From Octopus vulgaris (Eukaryota): a stretch of 64,000 bases of DNA. Shown here in pieces: positions 10,201 through 22,200 of this stretch (positions within the stretch are counted from its first letter, which is position 1; each line of letters begins with the position of its first letter). A program made the position numbers and the translations under genes. The stretch is taken from positions 174,902,001 to 174,966,000 of the forward strand of contig OX597815.1 of the NCBI GenBank assembly GCA_951406725.2, given 5' to 3'. The notes under the pieces were generated by a model. It saw only the letters and a list, made by a program, of their open reading frames with translations, made no database searches and had not been told where the DNA came from.

Positions 10201-13200
10201 ATATATTTACATAAATCTATCTATCTATATATATATATTAATAGTTATCGCCAAGCTAACATGGCAGTCCAGAAAAATAGGACGAATGCTGCCATTGATT
10301 AGCTCCAAGAGGCCATCGCCTCTAGCTAGCTATGTGACACATGAACCTGTGTCCATTATAACCTTCGAACAGAGGGGGTCAGTCGCTTCCCCCTGCCGGG
10401 ACTGGCATCTGTAGACTAGTTTCAGGGTATTTGCCCCTTATCAATGTAGAGCAGCCAAACCAGGCAGGTGTTACTACTGACCGTCTGATTGAAGGATTAT
10501 TTACCTAAATTCAGTGGAATACATCCTGGTTTTCAAAAATAGAAATATTAATATTTCTAAGCCTCTCTAAAAGCTTCATACTAAATATTAAAGATATCAC
10601 TTATCCTCACCAGTGATAATGCAATAAAGAACTCTACATTTGTCCACAAGTAACCTGATGCTGAGTGAGCAAATTGATGGTAATAGAGGAGCACTGAATT
10701 GCAGAGTATGTGCAACCCTTGCAACAAGTTCTTAGACCTTACCCATCAAGTGAAGGTGACAAACGATATGAGTGTACCCCATCAGCTGGGGCTAATTTTC
10801 TGGTGGATTGGCAAAGATCCTCATGGATGAACTTATTCAATCAATTCTTATTGAAATGAATAAGTCAGCCAGAAAATGGAGAGCAAGTCTGTGTAGTTGA
10901 ATTTCCCAACATTGAAGTGCAAAAACCATTTCTGTACAGTTCTTTCAGCACCTTCTCAATACACAGTACAAATGTTTCAAATAGTAGCTTTGGAACCTTG
11001 ATTAAAAGCAAAAAGAAGCAGGTGTGAAAAATGAACTTTTTGGGTGGGTGGGGGTTTACTTGGCACCCCTTTGCCATATGTCTGAAAAGTGGTAAAATTT
11101 ATTCGAATTTCAAAAATGATAAACAAAAGTTGTTGAAGAAGAATAGAGCTACAAAAAAACCCCATAAAACAATAGGATAAAAATATTTGTGATGATTTAA
11201 ATAACATTGAAAAGAAACAAACAAATTCATCTGACAACTAATCTTCACCTTAACCATAAAAATTCGCCTTCACTCTATAAGGTGTAACTACTTAAAGGAA
11301 AGACTGGAGGCAAAAGTAACAGCTTAATTCCAAAAAGTGTAGAAAAAAAAGCAAAATCTAAAACTCCACTCACTGCTAATAATTTATTATTTGAAACAAT
11401 AAAAGCAGAGTTTACTTGGTAATATTGTTACCATTATCATTAGTGTTTTCCAAGGTGGTATGATTTAAGGAGATCTGTATCACAGCATCTTTGTGCATCT
11501 TGATCCCATGTCATCTCATCTTTGAAAGTCCATGCTGATTATTTTATATTTGGTCTTCAGTGATCTAATCCAATCTTATATCACCTATCTAATAATAGAT
11601 CTCTAGGTCTGCAGCTCCATTCCTTTATATTTTGATACCACAATTGACAATAATAATAGCTGACAGTTTTTTTCCCTTTGTTTCTCATGATTACAGAGTC
11701 AATAGGAAATTTATTATTCTTCTCAAACATTGCATAGTTTGTTTTTACTATCAATGTAAAAAAAACAACTTTCAATCAACATTGTTATCATCATCGTTTA
11801 ACATCCGTTTTCCATGCTGGACGGTTTGACAGAGGTCTGGAGAGCCAGCAGTTCCACCAGGCTCCAATCTGATCTGGCAAGGTTTCTACAGTTGGATGAC
11901 ATCGATCACATTCAGATAGTGCTTTTTACATGCCACCAGCATGGGAGCCAGTCAGAGGGGTACTGGCATCAGCCACATTTGGCTGGTCCAAATGATAATT
12001 TGGCCCTGTCTTCTCATGGCATCAAATACGGGATAAAAACATTTGCTATATCAATCTTCCTTTTTGTACATCAAACTAAGTGAAATAGGTGCCGAGAGAA
12101 ACATTGCAGCAAATGATAGCTGAAACACTCATTAAACAAGACTTTTGTTGGCATTCCAATCCTTTCCAAATGTGCTAACTTTTTTGGACTACACTTTTAT
12201 ATTCATTGCATATAGCTTGTCAGCATGTCAAAAGACTTTTTTCAGCTATGGGCAACTAAACTGACATATGTTACCCAGTGCTTTGGTAGTAAATTCTGAA
12301 TATAGTTGTTATTTATGATACCAAACAACCTAAAGGATGAAAGGTAAATATAAATTCCAGCAAGGAATACCATCAATAGTTCAATCCATTTCCATTACCT
12401 CAGGTAAACCAAAAGATATGACTGCCTGCAGCAAGATGGTTTTAATGCTTTGGCTACTTACCCAACAGGTTTCTTGGCTTCATGAAACTCTTTAAGAATT
12501 CGCTCAACATCTGCAATTACCTTCATGTCAGGCCCATCAATTGCAAAAGAAGATCTGAAATGAAATTATTTATCAAACAACATTTTAATCTTTTATTTTT
12601 TTATCCTGGAATGAATTGGCCTACTCTCAAATAAATCTGTGGAACCAGATCTTTTGCCCTGAAGCTCAACATTTTCAGATCTGAGCAAACCACTTCTGAT
12701 GATTTCCTTGGTTGACTACCACCATGGACATCCACTACAAAAAAGTGTTTCCCCTGTAAACACACAGACATCACTAATGCTTTTGATGTACAGTGTAATA
12801 GCCTATGTTTAATTCTGTTTCCATTGTTCTCATGTAAGAGAACTTTCCGTTTCGCGACCGTTGCCAGCACCGCCCCGTTTCGTGTCCGTTGCCAGCCTCG
12901 CCTGGCCCTCGTGCCGGTGGCACATAAAAAGCACCATCCGTTCGTGGCCGTTTGCCAGCTCTGTCTGGCACCAGTGCAGGTGGCACGTAAAAAGCACCCA
13001 CTACACTCACGGAGTGGTTGGCGTTAGGAAGGGCATCCAGCCGTAGAAACACTGCCAGATTTGACTGGGCCTGATGAAGCCTTCTGGCTTCACAGACCCC
13101 AGTAGAATCGTCCAACCCATGCTAGCATGGAAAACGGACGCTAAACGATGATGATGATGATGATGATGATTGTGAAATGATAAAATTAATTCTTCCCTGG

Positions 13201-16200
13201 ATAAGAAGTCAGTAAACTGCAAGTATCATGACCAGGAAGTTCTCAAAAGCTCAGTGAACATAGCACAGAAGATACATTGAGTGTCCAAATGTATGCAAAT
13301 GGTTTTGAATTGTCAACACAGCAACCAGTAGGTAGTTGAATAGTGTATCCACTGAACTGTAAACATTTGCTATCCAGTTTACTTCCCAACCACATGGTTC
13401 CGGGTTCAGTCCCACTGTGGACACTTTGGGCAAGTGTCTTCTACCATAGCCCCAGGCCAACAAAAGCCTTGTGATTGGACTTTGTTGTTTTTGTGTGTGT
13501 GTGTGTCACATCTTGATATCATGCAATAGTTGTAAACAAGCGTTACCATCAAACAAGTCATTTTGTTTGTTTCCAGTGTTTCAAGGAAGTATGTCCAACC
13601 AAGGAGAATAATTACTTTGAGAACAGGTGACAGTTGACAACATGATGATCATCAGGCCATAAAAAATATGGCTTAACAAATTCCATCCAACACATGTAAG
13701 TATGGAACAGTGGATGTTAAAATGATGATAGTGAATTTAGACAAACTGACATTTACAAAAAAGCTTCAGGGATTCAATCTCAATCAAAGTAATGCATCTT
13801 TCATTATCTACCACTCAAGATGACAACACTCCAAATGAGTGTATATGCAGCTACTAGCAGAGCTATCAGTTATTTATAATAAACATAGCGGAATAGCATA
13901 AATAAAAGCCCTACCATATCTCATACTATCTTCATACAGCTACAGATTTTGCAACATGACCCCATCCCACAGTTGTGCATGATAACTTTAATGCAGAACC
14001 TAGTAGTTGCATCATAGATTGAGTAAAGAATACTTACTCATGGATCGCAAGTACTACAGCTTTATTCCTAGGCCGAATTACATTTAATATACACAATTTC
14101 ATTCGCTCAGCTGAACAAGAATCTACCGAAACAATGTTACCCACACGCTATTCAGAGAATTATTAGCTTTCATCTGTTTAATACCAAAAAGTCAGATCTC
14201 TGGCTCTCAAATGTCTCGGACTGTTTAGAAACATATTCTCTACAATTTGTTTCCTAAATGCTCCATTAGTTCCCTCCTGTTTTTAAAGTTACTGCTCGCA
14301 GTATTCCACCAAGATCAACTTTGCCTTTCATTCTTTCAGAGTTCATAAAATAAGTGCCAGTTGTGCATTGGAGTTGGTGTAATCAATTTAACTCCTTCCC
14401 CAAAATTGCTGGCCTTGAGCCAAAATTTGAAACTAATATTACTGCTCACATTAAGGCAGCAAGCTGGCAGAATTGTTAGCACACCAGGCATTTTGTCCAT
14501 CTCTACATTCTGAGTTCAATTTCCACTGAGATCAACTTTGCCTTTCATCCATTCAGGGTCAATAAAATAAGTACCAGCTGAATACTGGGGTTGATGTAAT
14601 TGACTTACCTGCCTCCCTTGAAATTGCTGGCCTTATGCAAACATTTGAAACCAATATTACTGCTCACAGGCATATGAAATTACCCCAATTACCTTTCTAT
14701 GACCTGAGATAGCCATGGATCTCCTCTATAGCAAGATACCTATGTTTGTCCATTTGTCATACCTTAGCTTCATTGTGAAACTAACATGTAGGTAGCTGAG
14801 CACTGCACAGACATGCATACCCTTAACATGCTTCTGAAGAATATTCAGAGTGACACCGAATGTGACAAGGCCAGCCCTTTCAATTCCAGCGACACCTCAA
14901 TTTTGCCAGCAGACTGGACTGGAGCAACATGAAGTAAAGTGTCTTGCTCAAGGACACAATGCACTGGTAGGAATTGAACCCATGACCTTCAGAGCATGAA
15001 TGAGCCAAAGACCCAAACCACTAAGCCACAAACGTACACACACATACAACAGGCTTCATTCAGTTTCCATCTACCAAATTCACTCACAAGGTTTTGGTTG
15101 GTTCAAGGCTATAGTAGAAGACAGTTGCCCAAGGTGCCATGCAGTGGGACAGAACCCAAGACTACATAGTTGGAAACTTCTTAATTATAGAACCACACCT
15201 GCATCTATGAATCTCTATAATAAATAACTTTTAGCAGCAGCAGCAGTTTAATGTCTTGAGGTATACAATAATATTGTTGATGAGAGTCTTCATGCATATG
15301 GTGCGAACAATAGCTCAGGAGAGTCAGTACAGCCAGCAGCTGAAAGCGCCAACAAGGGAGCTGAAACAATTGTTCAGCATGCAAAAGACAGCAGCCAAAT
15401 TTCACTGAAATCCCACTTTAAAGTCTTGATAAAAACGAAGGACACACTCGATAAAGCAGTCCTATGTTCACTTTATTTTTATACTTTATCTTTTTCTCGT
15501 TTCAGTCATTAGATTGCGGCCATGCTGGGGCAATGTCTTGAAGGATTCTTAGTTGAATGAATCAAGCCCTAAACTTATATTTTTTAAGCCTGGTGCTCAT
15601 TCTATTAGTCACTTTTACTGCACCACTAAGTTATGTGGATGTAAACAAACCAACACCAGTTATCAAATTGTGGCACACACAATGGCTTTCTTTCAGTTTC
15701 TATCTACCAAATCCACTCACAAGGCCTTGGTTGGCCCAAAGCTATAGTAGAAGACACTTGCCCAAGGTGCCACGCAGTAAGACTCAACCTGGAACCATGC
15801 AGTTGAGAAGCAAGCTTCTTACCACACAGTCACACCTGTGCCTATCTGGAAAAAAAGATGCTATTGTCATGATTGGAACACCTTTGACTATATGTTCTGC
15901 TCAATCAACTACAGCAATAGTAGTAGCTTCGTCATTGTCATTATTTTAATGTTCAATTTTTCATGCTTGCATGGATCAGATGGAGTTAACTGACGCAGAT
16001 TTTCTATGGTCAGATGCCCTTCCTGTCACCAACCATCACCTGTTTTTAACTAAGGTAATAATTCACTGTAGCTAGACATGTTTCCATGGAGAGCTGGAGA
16101 TGAACAACATTGTTTATAAGCTAAGTGAAATCATAGTTGTAACAGATACTGGTGTTATGCAACTGGCACCTGTGCCAGTGGCATGTAAGAGCACCCATTA

Positions 16201-19200
16201 CACTCTCAGAGTGGTTGGTGTTATGAAGGCCATCCAGCCATAGAAAACCATGCCAAATCCAACTGGAGTCTATGCAGGCCCTCAACTTCCCAGCCCTGTC
16301 AGACCATCCAAGCCATGCCAACATGGATAACAGACATTAAATGATGATGATCGCAGAAGGCTGCCAAAGAGACAAAATTAAATACAAAAAAAAAGTCCTT
16401 TTGTTCAATACTCTAGTGTTTCTGTCACTCATGCATCAACATTCAGGAATAAACACAAGGAAATTTACCAAAATTCAAATAGGAACGGGAAGGACTGGTG
16501 ACTGTTGCAATAGAGTTAACAACAATAATAAGAAACATGCTGGAAAGAAGTGGAAATATGAACATGTGGTAAAACGATATGCTTGAGCAATTTATCTGTA
16601 TTTTTAGATAAAAGAAAGATGTGTTTCTAAAAGAAAGAAAAATTAAGAAGAAAATAAAAATAAAGAGAGTAGACCCAGTAAGACCTGGGATGAGGTGGTG
16701 AAGCAGAACTTTTGAACGTTGGGACTCACAGAGACGATGACAAGTAACTGAGACCTTTGGAGATATGCTGTGCTTGAGAAGACCCAGCAAGCCAAGTGAG
16801 ACCATAACCGTGGTCTGTGCCAGTGCAGCATAACCGGCCCATTTAAGAGTACCCTTCAATCATTGGGCAATAAATTGCACTTACGAAGACCTGTTGAGTC
16901 AAATGAAGTCATTGTGGCCGATGCCAGTACCGCCTGATTGGCATGTAAAAAGCACCATTCGAGCGTGGTCACTGCCAGTATTGCCTGACTGGCTCCCATG
17001 CCAGTGGCACATAAAAAACACCATTGAAGTGTGGTCAACACCAGTACTGCCTGACTGGCTCCCATGCCAGTGGCACATCAGAAGCACCATTCAAGTGTGG
17101 TCAATGCCTGTACTGCCTGACTGGCCCTCATACCAGTGGCACATAAAAAGCACCCACAACACTCTCGGCATGGTTGGCATTAAGAAGGGCATCCAGCTGT
17201 AGAAACTTTACAGATCAAATTGGAGCCTGATGCAGCCTTCTGGCTTGCCAGTCCTCAGTCAAACCGTCCAACTCATGCCAGCATGGAAAACAGACGTTAC
17301 ATGATGATGACGGTGATTAAAAAAAAAAAAAAAAAAGGAAAACAACTTACAAATTTTTGGCAGCTCCAAATCCCCCAGGAAAGATTACTGCATCAAAGGC
17401 ACTTGCTTGCAGTTCAGAAAGAGAAGAGATTTTGCCTCTTGCAATGCGAGCTGATTCTAACAGTACATTCCTGAGGAGAAAAAACGGAAAGGAAAAGAGA
17501 AAATTTTGAAACACAGAGAGCATAAGATGAGAGATTGTGTCACCATATCAAAGGCTTTCTCCAAATTGATGCATGCTAGGTATAGCGGCTAAATAACTTC
17601 TCTTGTAGAAAGATGGCATCTTTGGTACACCTGCCAGACATACAACCAAACTGCATCTCATCTAAGCTAATTGTGCAGTTAATCTTTCTATAGCCTTCAA
17701 AACCTGGTCCAACAATTTGATGCCTTTGTCATTTCCTTTCTCTAAAACAACTTTGTCTTTGTAATGATACTGCTATGCTAGTCACTGGCTAGACACAGAC
17801 ATTTATATTTATTCACACACTAAGATGTTTGTCTCTCAACACAGTCCAACCCATGCTAGCATTGAACATGGACCTTAAATGATGATTATGATGATGATAC
17901 ATACACTGCTTTCTGCTAACTCATACTTATCTACATTTACCTCTGCCTATAAGCCACATTCTAGACTGGCAGGATGATCAGGACAAATTTTTGCACGGTT
18001 CTTTTCAATGGCCTCAATGATAAATGACATTGACTTTCCTGTTGTGGTTAGTGAATTCAATGGACACTGGGCTGCACACTAATGCAAATGAAGATTATGG
18101 CATTGGCCCTAAAAACAAGAAGGGAACAAAGATTCTGGAATTCTATGATGCAAATGACTTGATGATCTGAAATACTACAGGAAATCAACCAGACAACTGA
18201 TCACCTATCGATGTGGTGGACATACAAGCCAGGTTGACCACATTCTCAGTAGAAAACAGATACGACGGGGTACCCAAAAGAAACTGGGACTTTGCAATAC
18301 TATTTTATTCACCTAGTTTTATATGTTTACACTTTTATTGCCTTCAACTTATTCTCCATTTGAAGCAATATACTGGTCCGGATATATTTTCCACTGTTTG
18401 AAACAGAGCTGGAACTCTTGCAAAGTGATGCCTTTTAATGCCTCCGTTGTTTCTTCACCTCTCCCACATCTGCAAAACATATTCATTTAAGGACTATTTC
18501 ATTCAGGGAAACAAAAAAAAAGTTGCAAGGAGCAAGATCAGGTGAATAGGAATCGTGCCATTTTTGGTGGTCAAACACTGTCTGACACTCAAGGTGGTGT
18601 GTGAAAGTGCATTGTCATGTTGAAACCACCACTCTCCATTTTGCCACATGTCAGGACGTTTTCATCTCATCATGTCTTGCAAATGCTTCACAACTGCCAA
18701 GTAGAATGTCTAGTTAGCAGTGTGGACAATTCCTTTTGCATCAATGAAACAAAGCAGCAGCATCTTGACATTGGACTTCACTTGAGACACATTGGGGGGG
18801 GGGGGGCGTGGAGTCATTGAATGCTTCCATTGATTTGATTGCTGCTTCATTTCTGGGTTGTAGCCACAACACCAGCTTTCATCATCAGTGAGAACCTTTG
18901 AAAAACGTTTGGATCAACTTCCAACTGTTTTTGCAATTCACGGCATGCATGACTACTTTTGATCTTCTGTGAGCAAATGAGGTACAAATTTTGCTGCAAC
19001 TCTTTTCATTTGTAATTCTTCACTCATAAGTTGTTGGGAGGAACTCCAAGACACACCAGTCATATCAATAAGTTAGTCATTTGTTTGGCGATGGTCCTCC
19101 AAGATCAGTTCAAGAATTTTCATGAGGTTGGTCTTCAATTGACAAATAACCATTCCTGAAGTGTGAAAACCACTTATAAACTTGTGTTTTTCTCGTAAGC

Positions 19201-22200
19201 TGTTTGAAGCTTCACAACTGTTTTGGCTGCCATTTTCCCCAGCAGTAAAACGAATTTCATGGAAGCACACTGTCTCTTCATTTCAACCACCGCAAAAATT
19301 GACAAACAGGGGAGAAACCCTGCAAAACAAGACACACCATGCAGCAGTAAGAGTTCACTTGACAATGCCAGTTGGTAGATTGATGCCTAAGGGTAGCATC
19401 AAGTGGCTTCTAGCAGCAGAAGCCTGAACTACAACAGGCTTATCCCGCAGACAATGTTTCTGGTTACTTTTATGTACCCCCTCGTTCTTGAAAATGCAAA
19501 GTCTTTCCTAGATGATGAATGTACAACTCAAATGGGTTACTGAGGAGTAATTTCAAATGTAGAGCTCGAAGGACTCAGACATCTTAACTGAAGCTTTTAA
19601 TAAAAAGGAGTTAGTGACGTAGACCAGTCAGAAGTTCCAACAGGACAATCTACGATGGGCTGCAGAGAGCTACAAATTTGTAGGTGACTTCGAGATACTG
19701 AGCCAGACAGAGAAGATGACAAAGGACAGGGATCTCTAGTGATAAGAGATTGTTGACAAGGCCCATCTCATTGGCAAAACTGAGTTCTAGAAGTGCTTTG
19801 TATAGTGCTTACCACCCATGTTTATGGTGACTCTTCTCCCCCTCCCATGCATTAGGCCTACCTCTTCTCCCTGCCTCCTACAAACTTTCTCTTTTTCCCT
19901 CCTCACCCCAAACAATTGTATTACATTTACTGCACTTACAGCTCCCCACCCCAGATCTTCTGCAACTGTGTATTTCCCCTAATTCATGGCTCCTTGCTCA
20001 TTTGCCCTTCAACCCTGCCCATTCCAGTAGTTTACTCCTACCTTCATCCCTTCATTCTACTTCCCATAGAATTTTGCAAACTGATTCTTCAACTCACCTT
20101 GTGCCTTGTGGGATCATCTAAATATCTCAATGCCATTATCTCTTGCAGCCCCTACTGTCCATTTATGTCTTCCTTTTACTTACTAGATGTGAGTAACCAT
20201 GCAGATCCTCTACAAGAACCTGCACTGCTACCCCTTCTCATATTTCAATCCCTCATCCCCTAGCATGAAGCTGACACCCTGCCCCCAGGGCTTGTAGTGG
20301 TGTGTTGTATGACAAACCCAACTGTTAAGTGGTTAGTGTTAAGAAGGACAACCATGTCGAATCAGACATTGGAGCATGATCCAGTCCTTGGACATATCAG
20401 ATCCTATCAAATTGTCCAATCCATGTTGGTATGGAACACAGATGTTAAATTATAATGATGATGAGTCTGTCTACTAGTATAGAATCCTTAGTACTTCAGT
20501 ATAGATTATGATGGAGTGGTCATGTGACCAGCATGGAGACGACTGTATCCCTAAGCAATTTCTGTTTGGTGAGTTAGCCTAAGATAAAAGACCAGTGCAC
20601 AGCCAAAGATTTTGTTATAAGGACTGCATCAAGAATACGCTGAAAAAGAGCAAAATCATGGGAAATGGATGGGAAAATCTTGCTAAGAATCGTTCATGAT
20701 GAAGGTAAACAGTGTATGATAGGAGGAGAGAATTTGAGCAAAAGAACATCAAGCATGAACAACTCAAGAGATGTTGTAAAGGTGTTGATGTGAATTTACC
20801 AGAGTTTATTCACAAAGCCTAATCTAACATACAATGAATGTGGGTGCATCTGTCTAAGTAAGGCAGTTCTTACAAGTCATTAGAGTAACCACATACTCAG
20901 GATTGTTATTAACTACACATTATATGACATTTCTATTTGGAGGTAGTATGGAAAAGAATGTGCATCAGGAAGCAGACTGAAACAGTATATGAAAATTTAG
21001 CGAAAAAATATTGTAACAGTTACAAGAGGCACCCATCATTTCCACATTTCTACAAAATAATGTCTTTCACAGGACTGAAAATCCACATCCATAATACTCA
21101 TGTTTAAGAAAATAATCAAGCACTGGCATTGCTTGAAAGTGAGCTGCAGTCATTATGTGTGTGAGTATGCAGGCTAACACACACACAGAAAAAAATTACT
21201 AACAGATTACAATGTGCTACTATGGTTAGAAACCAAAAAGATATTTACCCCTACCTGTTTGGCTCCATGGGTTCTCCCTTTTGGTGGTTGATAGTGTGCA
21301 TCTGTTCAACATCTGGTGCAAACATGGAAACACAGGCTTGATTACGACTCAAGTGCACCAATACACTGTCATGTAAAAATTGAGGAGAGGATTTGAAAAT
21401 ATATTAATTTTAAACTCGTTTTAAATATCAACAGCATCTCTGAAAAACACGACTCCTCAGGTATGCAAAAGGGTAACAGAAAAACGAAACATTTCTGATG
21501 GTTCTCTACAAAGTATAAAGCAACAGTAATTTCATGTAAAGATTTAAGGATTTAGATATATAAAGGACAGGGAAGTCTGTTGACATTCTAACCCTTCTTA
21601 CATGCATTAGTAATGCAAGTGAAGTGAAATAGTTACAACAAGGACTTGAAAAGGGATTCATATTGCAAATAATACTCTGCAATGCTGGTAACTATCATAA
21701 AAAAAAAAAGAAAACACCCCTCAAAACCAAATCCATTTTTCTATATTCATTTTAATCATGTTTATTGAGTGACATCTACAACATTGAAATGGTATCTGAA
21801 ACAAAGCAAAATTATTAAAAGTATAAAAGTAAAAATATAGCAAACAAATTATTGACAACTGATTGGAAATAACAGTCAAATTTTCTTAACATCTAAGAAA
21901 AAAAATGAAGACCACATTGAATTAGTTTCAGATATACAGAAATACTGGATAACCATGGCAGAAACATCTTTGATCCAAGATATGTTTATTCTAGTAAAAT
22001 GTCTTGTCACTTTTTATGACGTCTTATCTCCTTCATGAGATTCTGTATTCTGAGATCGACCTTCACCATATCTTCTTCTCTTCTACAGCTTCATTCCATC
22101 AACATCATTTGGCACAACATACATTCATTCCAATACACCACATCTGACTCTTTTCTATTGTTTTGCTCTCAGTTCATTTGTGTCCATTATTCATTCACAT

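Noticed and set aside
13071-13100. CTGATGA followed by a hairpin
   Set aside because: Variant of the RTE tail consensus (CTGGTGCAGCC); no GAAA or stem III
14030-14110. GTAAGT donor-like site on the minus strand in GATD3 intron 4
   Set aside because: No convincing acceptor or ORF; exons 4 and 5 already join without a gap
16920-17160. Regular repeats resembling a CRISPR array (also 60173-60400)
   Set aside because: Whole units repeat with no unique spacers, no cas genes, eukaryotic LINE context
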